Part shown: piece by piece, positions 1-9,469 of the stretch
Layout of the letters: every line of letters starts with the position of its first letter
Position numbering within the stretch: the first letter of the stretch is position 1
Origin: a virus
Taxonomy: Duplodnaviria; Caudoviricetes
IMG/VR virus record: IMGVR_UViG_3300014720_000109
Location: 1-32,729 of that record
DNA: 32,729 bases
Direction: 5' to 3' (one strand)
Translations under genes and position numbers: made by a program
The notes under the pieces: generated by a model
Told to the model about the DNA's origin: nothing
Seen by the model: only the letters and a program-made list of their open reading frames with translations
Database searches by the model: none

Positions 1-135
1 AAAGAACCTGAAGCTAATATTGCTCCTAAAGAACCTGAAGCTAATATTGCTCCTAAAGAACCTGAAGCTAAAACTGCTCCTAGAGCACCAGAAGCTACAA
101 TCGCTGAATTTGCAACAATAGCACCTGAAGCAATT
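1..135. repeat. 27-bp in-frame tandem repeat (9-aa unit ASGSLGA[I/V]L)
   Basis: aaagaacctgaagctaatattgctcct occurs twice exactly (1-54), a third copy has 2 changes (55-81), and degenerate copies follow to about 135. The array probably continues beyond the window. Confidence 0.9.
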
Positions 136-476
136 GTTACAATTGCACTAGCTGCACTATCAGCAAAACCAGCACCAACTTTTAACCAAGAAGATCCGTT
201 CCAAATTTTTAAATAATATGATGTTGCAGAAGAATCAACCCATAACTCACCTACGGCGTTTCCAGCAGCACCAACTGGTGCTGAGTTTGGAGCCGTAACA
301 CCATAATGTGTCGGACCAACTTTTCTTATTGCACTAGCCGAATCTTTGAAATAAAGACCCGGTTCCGCAGCGCCGAAACACAATGCCGCCTCACCAGCTT
401 GGACAGTAGATGTGGCTGGCCTATCTGCAGAGTTACCAGAACGTTTAGTTACTAAAATAACTGGAGTAGTAGTCAT
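1..476 (-). CDS. Fibre/tail-fibre-like protein, N-terminal part (runs off the window edge; not in ORF track)
   Basis: ATG at 476, 2 nt after the stop of the 513-aa ORF; open to position 1. Translates MTTTPVILVTKRSGNSADRPATSTVQAGEAALCFGAAEPGLYFKDSASAIRKVGP...GELWVDS...LKIWNGSSW, which resembles phage fibre N-terminal modules, then 9-aa ASGSLGAIL repeats. Confidence 0.75.
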   Translation of the reverse strand, partial: MTTTPVILVTKRSGNSADRPATSTVQAGEAALCFGAAEPGLYFKDSASAIRKVGPTHYGVTAPNSAPVGAAGNAVGELWVDSSATSYYLKIWNGSSWLKVGAGFADSAASAIVTIASGAIVANSAIVASGALGAVLASGSLGAILASGSLGAILASGS

Positions 477-478
477 GT

Positions 479-2020
479 TTAGTAAACACCTCCATTTAAT
501 AAAGTAGGATAACTGCTAGGTGGAATTAAAACACCAGCTGAATACTGACCGCCGTCAAAAATAAAAGAAACCGTAGGACTTATATTTACACCACTACTAT
601 AAATACCCCCATCAAAAGTTCTTAATGCAGCTTGAACGGGATCAAACGGATTATATTGATCTATCGTAAACATCTGAAATCCACTAGCCACCATTGGACT
701 AGAAATACCAGAAGCTAAAGTATCAAAATTTAATACTTTTACCATGGTCGGAACCATGTCAGGGTACATCATGTGTGTAGGTACTGTGTCTTTACTTGGC
801 GAATATTTTTCCCACCAACGAAGATTCTCTTGCCTTTTATTAAAAGTTGTTTCTTTAGATAAATTTATATCAAAGTATTCTCGGTATTTTTCGTCCATAG
901 GTTCATCTGTGGGCTGAGCAAGCCACGGAGCCATATAGTCTTGACCGAAGCGTTTATAAAGTTGCCAAAAAGACGCATAAATATGTTTACAAAATCTAGG
1001 TAGATAAAAATAAACGTTTGGATCTGAATAAGTTGAAGGACTATCACCGTAACGTGGAAAATTTAAAACATTTTTTGTGTATAAAAATCCAAAATCTCTA
1101 GAGAATCCAGGATAGTCACGAGTATTAAATGTACGGTTAGGACCAAAATTACCAGCGTCATACTCACCAGGCTTTAAATCTTGTGGAAGAGTATAAGGAT
1201 ATTTTCTTTTTGTGTCATACTCATATAAATTAAAATCTTGTCGCGCTAGATAATCAGGACAATTACAACCAAAACGCATTGCGGTTGTAAAAAATTCTCC
1301 AACTATGGGTAAGGAAGAAGCAGGAGAAACTAAAGTGTTGTTATCTAGCACAGACCAACTATTACTAGCTCCAGTCGTAATAAATAAAGTATCAAATAAA
1401 GGCAAAAAGCTAGGAGTTTGTGGTCCGGCAAGTGTACCTACACCTACAACGGTATAGTTTCCATATGTAGTTTTTGTAGTGCCATCAGCGGCATATTTAT
1501 TAGATAAAACTTCACCAGTAAAAAACGATATAGGAGCACCAAAGTTACTAGATAACTGAACTCCATAAATCTCAGGTTGATATTGAAAAATACTTTTTAT
1601 TGAGTATCCAAAATCCAAAAAGTTAAAACTACCTTCAGGGCGAATGGCTGTCATTCGCATAGCCATGTCTTGTGAAGTAGAAGGGTACATAAAGCACAGG
1701 CCAGGCAAACCCGCACCTACTCCCGGTACTCCACCAACAAAATAAGCAAACGAATAATTTAAACCTACATATGCTTGATTAGCATACATGTAAAGCTCAT
1801 AACCTCTACGCCATCTAGTCCACATAGAGGCGTAGTTATAATCAAGTAAAATACTAAAATCTTTTAAATTAAAGTCAGGGCGAAATTTTCTTTTCCACGG
1901 CATTGACGTGGAAAGTTCGTGACTAGAACTAATTCCTTGAAAATTTTTAAAAGTAAATTTTGATGATTTTGGTTGATGTGTCTTCCAACTAAAATCATCT
2001 GATCCTTTTTTACGAGTCAC
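479..2020 (-). CDS. Hypothetical virion-module protein with split SWIM-type Zn finger
   Basis: 513-aa ORF; GCNCPDY...RFCKHIY matches the SWIM CxC...CxH pattern; C-terminal triple [DN]GGxY motif. GTG start; ATG at about 1903 is an alternative. Confidence 0.6.
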   Translation of the reverse strand: MTRKKGSDDFSWKTHQPKSSKFTFKNFQGISSSHELSTSMPWKRKFRPDFNLKDFSILLDYNYASMWTRWRRGYELYMYANQAYVGLNYSFAYFVGGVPGVGAGLPGLCFMYPSTSQDMAMRMTAIRPEGSFNFLDFGYSIKSIFQYQPEIYGVQLSSNFGAPISFFTGEVLSNKYAADGTTKTTYGNYTVVGVGTLAGPQTPSFLPLFDTLFITTGASNSWSVLDNNTLVSPASSLPIVGEFFTTAMRFGCNCPDYLARQDFNLYEYDTKRKYPYTLPQDLKPGEYDAGNFGPNRTFNTRDYPGFSRDFGFLYTKNVLNFPRYGDSPSTYSDPNVYFYLPRFCKHIYASFWQLYKRFGQDYMAPWLAQPTDEPMDEKYREYFDINLSKETTFNKRQENLRWWEKYSPSKDTVPTHMMYPDMVPTMVKVLNFDTLASGISSPMVASGFQMFTIDQYNPFDPVQAALRTFDGGIYSSGVNISPTVSFIFDGGQYSAGVLIPPSSYPTLLNGGVY

Positions 2021-2039
2021 TAATAAAGAGTCTCAAAAT

Positions 2040-2597
2040 TTAATAAAAACCCCCCTGAGCGAAAATTGATATACCTGAAGGACTTAAACCACCAGAAACA
2101 GATGCAGGACCATTACCCAAATAACCTACACATAAAATGTAACCTTTCTCTAAATACAAAGCTTCAGATTTACCCACTTCAATAGGACGAGCGAGATTCG
2201 TATCACCAGTCTGAGGCGTTGGGGCGACCGTGGCCGGTAATTCAACACGTTGAATTAAACCTTCTGTATCGCCAGATAACCCAACTTCAAATTTACTAAT
2301 AAGGAGAGACGTAGATGTTGAGGGGGCCGCTTGATTAGGCGCATATATATAAACACCAAAGGCAGCTGAACGACGACCCGATGTATTCGGGTAACCTTCA
2401 TTTGAAACAACAAATATATCTTCGACTAACGCACCGTCTTCAGAAGGTACATCACCAACACGAACAAGTTGAATAAGATCACCAAAATCAGGACTACTGG
2501 CATTAGTAACAACAGTAGTACCATTATTAATTTTGGCGCCACGTAAAAACGGGCGGTCAACCATCAAAGGTTGTTTGTTTGTGCTAGTAGAGCTCAT
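2040..2597 (-). CDS. Putative structural protein (beta-rich)
   Basis: 185 aa, AAGGA upstream of ATG, G/S/T/V-rich, in the morphogenesis cluster. Confidence 0.55.
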   Translation of the reverse strand: MSSTSTNKQPLMVDRPFLRGAKINNGTTVVTNASSPDFGDLIQLVRVGDVPSEDGALVEDIFVVSNEGYPNTSGRRSAAFGVYIYAPNQAAPSTSTSLLISKFEVGLSGDTEGLIQRVELPATVAPTPQTGDTNLARPIEVGKSEALYLEKGYILCVGYLGNGPASVSGGLSPSGISIFAQGGFY

Positions 2598-2618
2598 GAT
2601 GGTTCCTTAAAAATTAAT

Positions 2619-3218
2619 TTACTGCGGAAGGGCAGGCGCTTGAGGACGCCACTGACGAGCTGGAGTTGTATCCATCTCTACTCCGAGAGAAGCAGGATCG
2701 ATACTTGGAGTAACAGCAGTATTACCAAATAATTGTGCTATTGAAGAGGGATCAGACAATGCTTTACGAAGAATACTTAAATTAAAAGATTTTTCGTCTT
2801 GAGGAACAATTTTATTGCTTTTATCTTCACGGCGACGTTTTTCACGATCAGCACGACGATCTTCTAAATATTTTCCAAACTGTTCGCCCGCTAAACGTTG
2901 TTCTTTTTCAGGACCAAAACGAGCAGGAATACCTTTAACTGCTCGATAGGCATCTGCTCCCTGCTCAAGAATATTACTAATTTGATTTAAATAATCAACA
3001 AATCCAGGTTGTTTCTGTCCGAGAGGATTTCGAGCAAGATTATCGCCAACAGAACCATAAATACCAGCAGTATCGACGCCAAAACTTCCGTAGGGATCAA
3101 CTGGAATTTGTGAAGACTGGGCTATGGCACCCCAGTCAGTTACAGGAATACTTATAGATGGCTCCCCATAACTAACATTTTGATATCCAGGAATCTGATT
3201 AAATCCAGCAAAGGCCAT
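2619..3218 (-). CDS. Hypothetical protein (possible internal virion protein)
   Basis: 199-aa ORF tiled tightly with its neighbours; no recognisable motif. Confidence 0.55.
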   Translation of the reverse strand: MAFAGFNQIPGYQNVSYGEPSISIPVTDWGAIAQSSQIPVDPYGSFGVDTAGIYGSVGDNLARNPLGQKQPGFVDYLNQISNILEQGADAYRAVKGIPARFGPEKEQRLAGEQFGKYLEDRRADREKRRREDKSNKIVPQDEKSFNLSILRKALSDPSSIAQLFGNTAVTPSIDPASLGVEMDTTPARQWRPQAPALPQ

Positions 3219-3252
3219 AATTGAATTCTCAATAAATAAATTTTACAATTAA

Positions 3253-4920
3253 TCAATAACCAGCGTACATACGAGAGCGAGGATTCATTTGCTCCTCAAG
3301 AAAATCTCTTGTTCGACGAAGCTGAGGTTGCTCTTGGGGGGTCGTAACAGCACGAAGATCGGTGTTACCTTGAGTCGGATTAACGGCAGCTTCGGCAGTT
3401 GCTTCTGCGTTACCCACGGCATTCGCATCGATTTGTGAACCCATTGGAGTAGTCACAGTTGTCGTAGTAACAGACTCAGATGTTTGTTGATTTGCTGCAG
3501 GGTTTGTTAAACTGCGGCGTTGAAGCTCATAAGCCAACATGGGGTATTGCGCGGCCCACTTTTCAAGCTGCGCTGCTTGAGCAGGATCGTAACTAAAACC
3601 ACCTGCGAACTTCATTAAAGCTTGACGTACAGGAGCTTGCGTAGCATAAGCCTCACGAGCTGCATAATATTCACCAATATTTTTATACATTTCTGGGCTA
3701 CGTGGCTCCATTGCCCGTTCAATTGCAGCTGCAGATGGATCATATTGACTCAACTGAGCGCGACGTGTACTGTCTCGATCAGCACCTGGCGTAAGAACAG
3801 GAGCAGGAGCAGTGGGATCTACGCGGGTAGATTGATAGCTATATCCAGGAACAACAGGTTGGGATCCTAAAGGAGTTCCATCAGGTTCACGGAACATAAC
3901 GTCTGGTGAATTAAGTCCACCAGGAGAAACAGGAGGATTACCAGGAGGACTCATAGCCGTAGAAGGATACTCGCCCACGGGGGCAGAACCTTCATTTGGC
4001 CGTGAGAACATGGAAGCTAACCCTAATCCCGCACCACCGCCAACAACACCAACTCCAGCAAGCCTTGCAGCCATTGGCATTTCTGTTAGAAAACGAAAAA
4101 TACCAGTTAAATCTGTCATTCGAACGCCACCTGCGGCATTGCGCAGTTCAGCAGCTTCATTTACTAACGCACTAACAGGAGCCGAATCAGCTTGATCAAA
4201 TAAAGAACCTCCTAACTCTTCTCCGGGAAAAGGCCCACGGGGGCGAGTTAATCTTTCCTGTATTAAATCAGCAACACTACCTCCAGTGGGAGGGAGCGCA
4301 GGACCTTGAAGTAAGCCAGCTTCTAATCCCGGTTGATAAGTAACATTACCAAGTTTGCGACCAGTTACATCAACAGTCCCAGGCGGAAAACGTAAACGAT
4401 TAAAACTTCCAACTTCACCTTCACCAGGAGTTAAAAATGTTTTTTGAAGATAAGTTTCTTGGGGCCTTGGCGCTGCGGCTGGAACAATCGGCGCAGCTAC
4501 CTCGTTGGCATCGGGAACAAATTTGCCAGTACGAGTATAAGGACCTTGAACTGGAGGACGATTTTGAACTAACGGAGATAGACCACGAATTCCCGGAGCG
4601 GGGGGTTGTGCTGCTTCTGCCGCTCGACGCTGAATAGCTGTATCAACTATTTGTTGTAAACCGGGACGTAATTTTGTGCTGTCCGGACGACCCAGAAAAC
4701 CTTTAATATTTTCAGGCAGTTGCGAAGGAGCGGGACGTGGAGCTTGGGGACGAATCCCCATAAGCCCAGCTTCACTCAAAGTTTGACGAACAGCTTCAGA
4801 AGCCTTACGGCTCCGTTGCATAAGTGCAGGACCAACTTTTTCGAGTAAAAATTGAACTCGAGCAGGATCTGTTACTTGTTGACGAACTTGTTGGTAGAAC
4901 CAGCGAGGCAGACTACTCAT
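3253..4920 (-). CDS. Pro/Ala-rich hypothetical protein, candidate internal virion/ejection protein
   Basis: 555 aa, low complexity, central Gly-rich hydrophobic segment (LAGVGVVGGGAGLGLASMF), C-terminal WAAQYPMLAYE motif. Confidence 0.55.
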   Translation of the reverse strand: MSSLPRWFYQQVRQQVTDPARVQFLLEKVGPALMQRSRKASEAVRQTLSEAGLMGIRPQAPRPAPSQLPENIKGFLGRPDSTKLRPGLQQIVDTAIQRRAAEAAQPPAPGIRGLSPLVQNRPPVQGPYTRTGKFVPDANEVAAPIVPAAAPRPQETYLQKTFLTPGEGEVGSFNRLRFPPGTVDVTGRKLGNVTYQPGLEAGLLQGPALPPTGGSVADLIQERLTRPRGPFPGEELGGSLFDQADSAPVSALVNEAAELRNAAGGVRMTDLTGIFRFLTEMPMAARLAGVGVVGGGAGLGLASMFSRPNEGSAPVGEYPSTAMSPPGNPPVSPGGLNSPDVMFREPDGTPLGSQPVVPGYSYQSTRVDPTAPAPVLTPGADRDSTRRAQLSQYDPSAAAIERAMEPRSPEMYKNIGEYYAAREAYATQAPVRQALMKFAGGFSYDPAQAAQLEKWAAQYPMLAYELQRRSLTNPAANQQTSESVTTTTVTTPMGSQIDANAVGNAEATAEAAVNPTQGNTDLRAVTTPQEQPQLRRTRDFLEEQMNPRSRMYAGY

Positions 4921-4951
4921 GCCCTATAAAGCAACTATAGTTATTGACAGT

Positions 4952-5572
4952 CTATCGCCAATTAGCATAAAAATAGAGTCTGTCTGCTCTAGAAACATCA
5001 GGAGGTCCAGGAATAGCTTGAATAAACTCACCTCCAGATCTTTCAAATCTGTATCTAGCTGCAACAGGATCTCGATAATTAGGAACATATAACATTTGTG
5101 CTAAACGATCACATTCGTATAAATAATTTTCTCGCCAAATACGAGCAGTTTCTCGTTTATCTTGGATATTAATAGAACGTGAGACGTCACCTAAAATTGT
5201 CTCTTGCCTACTTGTTGCACGTCCAGTAGCAAGCTCAGTTAATCGCTCTGCTTCTTCACAACGTTCAATTTGTTGAACAATTTTATCGTAATAAAATTCA
5301 CTAGGAATACTATTACTCGCTTCTAATAAACGAGCGTAGTCACCTGCAGGAACAGTCGCTATATTATACCCAAGGTGATACGCTACACGACTAAAGTTAA
5401 AGTCATCTAACGCATACCCAAAAACCTGTGCAGGATTTCGAGTTAGTTGATTAACTGCTGCATATATAACTTCGCGTTTTGTTGCATCAGTCGTAGTGGG
5501 TTGAAAAACAACCCCTTGTTGAGCTAAATAAGATTGAATCTGCTCAAGTTCAGAAGTAGTAAGTTGAGCCAC
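4952..5572 (-). CDS. Putative head-tail adaptor/head completion protein
   Basis: 206 aa, helical-looking, GTG start, just downstream of the capsid genes. Function is inferred from position only. Confidence 0.4.
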   Translation of the reverse strand: MAQLTTSELEQIQSYLAQQGVVFQPTTTDATKREVIYAAVNQLTRNPAQVFGYALDDFNFSRVAYHLGYNIATVPAGDYARLLEASNSIPSEFYYDKIVQQIERCEEAERLTELATGRATSRQETILGDVSRSINIQDKRETARIWRENYLYECDRLAQMLYVPNYRDPVAARYRFERSGGEFIQAIPGPPDVSRADRLYFYANWR

Positions 5573-5593
5573 GACTAGAACATTTATGTTCTT

Positions 5594-6049
5594 TTATTCT
5601 ACGTATACACTCCCGGTAGCAAATACCTCATCCCAATCAACTCGTTTAATAGATTGCAGTTGATCTAATTTTGTAAATTTTTCACCAGGTAGCGATTGAC
5701 GCAATTCGATAATTTCTTTAGCAGTTTTCAGACCAACACCAGGTAAACATTGGGATAAACCTTCCGGAGTCAAAGTATTTAAGTTAATACGGTTATCTAC
5801 GGGGGGTAAAGGTTTAACAATTGGAGTTTTCTCTTCCTGTGCTTTTAAAGGTCGCCTATTTCGACGGGTTGAAACGTGATTCGGGTTTGTTTTAGCCTCA
5901 GGTTCTTCATTTAACTCACCAATTTGATCTTTATGAGCAAAAAACACTTTACCGGTGGTGTTTGAACGAACCATTAAGTACTCGCCCTCATCATGTGACG
6001 AAATTACTTCGATTTTGACACCACTGGGTTTGTAAACACTGGCAGTCAT
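5594..6049 (-). CDS. Helix-hairpin-helix (ComEA-like) DNA-binding protein
   Basis: C-terminal RINLNT...LPGVGLKTAKEIIELR...KFTKLDQL is a typical ComEA/HHH_3 signature; small beta-rich N-terminal domain and basic linker. Confidence 0.8.
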   Translation of the reverse strand: MTASVYKPSGVKIEVISSHDEGEYLMVRSNTTGKVFFAHKDQIGELNEEPEAKTNPNHVSTRRNRRPLKAQEEKTPIVKPLPPVDNRINLNTLTPEGLSQCLPGVGLKTAKEIIELRQSLPGEKFTKLDQLQSIKRVDWDEVFATGSVYVE

Positions 6050-6103
6050 AACTTAAGTCAGTATATGTGCAGTAGTTTAAGCTAAAACTGAAAAAATCGG
6101 AGA

Positions 6104-6373
6104 TTAACAATCATAATTTTTCATCTCACTTTCTAATTTTTTTAAAAATTCAGCTCTTTTTTCCCAAGTATCTCCTCCTGTGCAGTTTTTTTTAGGATTT
6201 ATACAGTCTGTAGAGTCAATAGTATTACAAACTAAACCTGCAAGATCTAATTCGTTTCCTTTTTTACCAGTTCCCCAATGATGAGTGCCGTTTAACCATA
6301 TAGCACCACACTTTTTACACTCTTTTCGTTCTAAATGAAAATCTGACAACTTACGATCGTTCATAATCAACAC
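6104..6373 (-). CDS. Small Cys-rich hypothetical protein
   Basis: 89 aa; CKKC...W...HHW...LAGLVC...C. Resembles small proteins I recall from cyanophages (not checked). Confidence 0.6.
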   Translation of the reverse strand: MLIMNDRKLSDFHLERKECKKCGAIWLNGTHHWGTGKKGNELDLAGLVCNTIDSTDCINPKKNCTGGDTWEKRAEFLKKLESEMKNYDC

Positions 6374-6434
6374 AAGTACAGTGTTTCAAGCATAGTAAAG
6401 CAGTAAATAAATAATAAAATATAAAAATTTAATT

Positions 6435-6461
6435 AAAAAACCCCTCCCGTAGGAGGGGTTT
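6435..6461 (-). terminator. Rho-independent terminator after the capsid/decoration genes
   Basis: On the - strand AAACCCCTCC-TACG-GGAGGGGTTTTTT; T-tracts on both sides, so possibly bidirectional. Confidence 0.85.
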
Positions 6462-6488
6462 AAGTTTTTTTCTCCCTTTCTGATTTTA

Positions 6489-7367
6489 TCAGGAAGGAGA
6501 GGTAGAGGTGTAGATGCTGGACTCGATAACACCGCCGGGCTGCAGAGCAAGATCCGAACGCTCGGGCGGTTGATCGGGCAGGATCCAGCAAACTTCACAG
6601 ATTGCCAGAGCTTTATTCTGACCGGACAGCTTGCCCGCACCAGCACGGGGATCGTAAACACCCGAACCTTGAGCAACACCAGAAGCAGCAGCGCCACCCA
6701 GGTTTGCGGTGGTAAACAGTTTCCACTGAGTCTGTGCAGTCAGAGCAGACCAGCTGCTCGAATTGAAGATGTTAGTGGAAGCAGTGCTACCGTTAGCAAT
6801 CCGAGAGTTAGAGCCAGTGATGGTAGTACCAAACTGACCGGACACAACGGTTGCAGAATCACGCAGGCCTTGGGCCACGGCGGGGATCAGGGTCAGACGA
6901 GGGGCAGCAGCGCCACCAGCGACGCCGGAGCTCACTACATCACCGCCATCAACACGGAGGGAGGTGCGATAGACGTACACGCCCGAAGGAGCCTGGATAC
7001 CATTGGTGATGTCAGCGCGGATATCCTTATGGAAATCCGGAGACGGAATGATAACAGAGGCGTTCAGGAAGGGTTGCTCAGCACCATTCTGACCAGAGCC
7101 ATAAGGCAAGGTGTAGTAATCAAGCTGGTTAGAAGTACCTAAAGCTTGATAGCTAAGGTCAACATAACCAATAGCTTGCTGAGCGATCCAGCCCGGCTGG
7201 AAGATCACGCCGACGGGACCACCGACGGGTTGACCAGTCAGGTTTTGAGAAACACCGTTCGCATTGTTGTACTGAACGGTTTTTTCTTCGTTCCAATAAC
7301 GAAGAACGTTGGTGTAGTTACCAGGATAAATCTTGGTAACGGACAGCTGATTAGGATTAATAGTCAT
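6489..7367 (-). CDS. Putative capsid decoration/minor capsid protein
   Basis: 292 aa, 14 nt downstream of the MCP, strong GGAGG SD, same C-ending codon bias as the MCP, followed by a terminator. Confidence 0.6.
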   Translation of the reverse strand: MTINPNQLSVTKIYPGNYTNVLRYWNEEKTVQYNNANGVSQNLTGQPVGGPVGVIFQPGWIAQQAIGYVDLSYQALGTSNQLDYYTLPYGSGQNGAEQPFLNASVIIPSPDFHKDIRADITNGIQAPSGVYVYRTSLRVDGGDVVSSGVAGGAAAPRLTLIPAVAQGLRDSATVVSGQFGTTITGSNSRIANGSTASTNIFNSSSWSALTAQTQWKLFTTANLGGAAASGVAQGSGVYDPRAGAGKLSGQNKALAICEVCWILPDQPPERSDLALQPGGVIESSIYTSTSPS

Positions 7368-7381
7368 CGTTAGTTACCTCC

Positions 7382-8497
7382 TCAGGCGTCGAAAGAGTAG
7401 GCAACGGTAACGAAGTCAGCGTTCAGAAGTTCAAAACCTGCGTACAGGCTCCAAATCATCATGATGAAACGGCTGAAGTCGTCGTTGTTGTTGAGCAGCA
7501 CCTGAGCGTTGTTACCGCCGATGCCAACGCCGGTGGACTGAGGACCAAAGAAGATACCGATAGCTGCGTTGTAAGAAGCGGCGGTAGATGCGATGGTCGC
7601 GGTCTGAGTCTGAGTAGGCATGTTGGTGCTTTCGAAGAAGCGCACGCCTTCAAACACAAAGCCCGTGGGCATAATCGGCTCACCGGCCACAAAGGTGGCT
7701 TGGCCGAACCCTTGACCCATGTACAGGGCAGCGTTAGGCTGCATCCCGGACATAAGAGGGTTGATCTGACCGTTGCCAGGGTAACGAGCAACTTCGCGGA
7801 AGTCGCTGTTCTGACGCAGGTGCATCAGGAAGGTGGGATCGCAAACGCAGCGATAGAAACCATCCTGGAAGGTAGGAGTGTTCCGCTTACGCAGGCTCTT
7901 CACCACACGCAGCAAGTCATCCTTAACGTCGAACTTAGCTTGCTCGGCGTTGGTGTAGGTCAGCGAACCGGTGGCCAGGTCACCAGGGAAGTAGTAACCA
8001 CCTTGGGTGTCAGAAGACTCACCTTTGGAAACAGCTTTCAGGAGTTCGTTGATGAACACCCGATCGCGCCAACGGCGATAGTCATCTAATAGGGTGAGGC
8101 TACCGATCGACTGGTGGAAGGTGGTGAGGTTACCCGTATCCAGCAGTAAGCGTTGTGCAGTGATCAGAGTCTCGCGAGCAATCTTAAAGGTGCTCGGCTG
8201 AGTCGGATCAGCAGGATCGGCAGGTCCGGTGTACTCCTTAAGAGTAACCAGCACCTTATCTTTCACAATGTTGCGGCTGTTAGCAGTACCGATGGTCTGC
8301 TCAGCAGTGCGCTCGCGAGATTCTTTGGAGCCAGGATTACCGAAGAAACGGTAACGATCCAGTTGTACAGTCTGACCAGGTTGCTTAGAAAAATCATGGA
8401 CAACCACGGGCTCCGCAGCCATCTCAACGATGTATGCGGGGTGCGGACGGTACAGCTCGGCACCAAGAATCTTCGGAAAATCATTATCGATAAACAT
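7382..8497 (-). CDS. Major capsid protein (N4-gp56-like, HK97 fold)
   Basis: 371 aa; QPGQTVQLDRY, VTLKEY, GFVFEGVRFFES and DDFSRFIMMIW fit the N4-gp56-type capsid pattern; strong codon bias; downstream of portal and scaffold. Confidence 0.85.
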   Translation of the reverse strand: MFIDNDFPKILGAELYRPHPAYIVEMAAEPVVVHDFSKQPGQTVQLDRYRFFGNPGSKESRERTAEQTIGTANSRNIVKDKVLVTLKEYTGPADPADPTQPSTFKIARETLITAQRLLLDTGNLTTFHQSIGSLTLLDDYRRWRDRVFINELLKAVSKGESSDTQGGYYFPGDLATGSLTYTNAEQAKFDVKDDLLRVVKSLRKRNTPTFQDGFYRCVCDPTFLMHLRQNSDFREVARYPGNGQINPLMSGMQPNAALYMGQGFGQATFVAGEPIMPTGFVFEGVRFFESTNMPTQTQTATIASTAASYNAAIGIFFGPQSTGVGIGGNNAQVLLNNNDDFSRFIMMIWSLYAGFELLNADFVTVAYSFDA

Positions 8498-8526
8498 CGA
8501 TAAGTTCTCGAAGAAACTACAAAATT

Positions 8527-8537
8527 ATCCTAACTCT
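8527..8537 (-). promoter_or_regulatory. Candidate late promoter element AGAGTTAGGAT
   Basis: About 30 nt upstream of the MCP start; near-identical AGAGTTAGAAT lies upstream of terL. Confidence 0.45.
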
Positions 8538-8585
8538 TAAACAACCATACAGTTATGTTTTAGTGTCGCAATTTTAGTGGTTAAT

Positions 8586-9407
8586 TTAACTACTAGGGCC
8601 TACACGTCGAATCATATTTCGAACGCCCTCACCCAAAACAACGTACACAGAACCGTAATTAGGCACGTAGCGAGTTGATTTGCCTCTGTAATTAGTACGT
8701 GTAACTACGGACATTTGACCTGGTGCCGTGCTACGAACAGCTTCAGTAAAAACTTGACAATAAACCGGATAATTGTAAATCCATGCTGCACGAGATCCAG
8801 AAGTATCGTTTGTGGGATTTGTTAAGGATGGATAACGAACTCGCTGGAAAGACCCCGGACCACCTGTAATACCCTCACCTACAAAGTCACCAGTATCTTC
8901 GTCATACCGGTATGGCTCGTTACTCGAAGGTGTTTTAAAAGGTGCGTAATTTTGATTGTCAGGAATACCAGCACCAAACCATGTATAAACCCCAAAATTA
9001 CGTAAACCTGGTTGAGGACTAAGTGCTGTTTGTACAGTACGACCAGCTACGCTATATAAACCTTGAGCTCTATAACCTAAATAAGTATCAAGAAGACCAG
9101 AAGCATGAGGTAAAACATTTTCATAGTTTGACCAATAACCAGAAACAGCAGGAGGTACAGCACGCCAATCAGTATTTAAATAGCCACTTATATTTACAGG
9201 TCCAACAGGAATTAAACCAAAATCAGCACCTTGATAATTTACACCAAACCAAGTTTGCTGAGTCCCACTAGGGTAAGTATATCCACTACCAACAACAGCA
9301 TAAGTGTCAGTGAGATTTAAATCATCACTAGTTCGTTGTGGACCAGACTGCACACGATGATACAAATTTTTGTCATATCTCCAATTTGTAAATGGTGTAT
9401 AGACCAT
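8586..9407 (-). CDS. Putative structural protein (Gly/Tyr/Thr-rich, Ser-Gly enriched)
   Basis: 273-aa ORF directly upstream of the MCP; no family recognised. Confidence 0.55.
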   Translation of the reverse strand: MVYTPFTNWRYDKNLYHRVQSGPQRTSDDLNLTDTYAVVGSGYTYPSGTQQTWFGVNYQGADFGLIPVGPVNISGYLNTDWRAVPPAVSGYWSNYENVLPHASGLLDTYLGYRAQGLYSVAGRTVQTALSPQPGLRNFGVYTWFGAGIPDNQNYAPFKTPSSNEPYRYDEDTGDFVGEGITGGPGSFQRVRYPSLTNPTNDTSGSRAAWIYNYPVYCQVFTEAVRSTAPGQMSVVTRTNYRGKSTRYVPNYGSVYVVLGEGVRNMIRRVGPSS

Positions 9408-9469
9408 AAAAAATAAGCATCTAAATAAATTTTACTGCGTTAAAATTTTAAAGAACCGCAACTAACAAC

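Noticed and set aside
1-81. 27-bp direct repeats as a CRISPR array
   Set aside because: Repeats are contiguous with no spacers and are in-frame coding.
5594-6049. PsbU photosystem auxiliary gene
   Set aside because: Shares only the HhH-like fold; no signal peptide, and the LPGVG motif fits a DNA-binding HhH.
6386-8503. Long alternative ORFs over the capsid genes (6570-7142, 7146-7373, 7700-8089, 8153-8503 on +; 6386-6697, 7459-7791, 8263-8484 on -)
   Set aside because: Expected shadows of GC-rich, codon-biased genes; no motifs, and one runs through a terminator.
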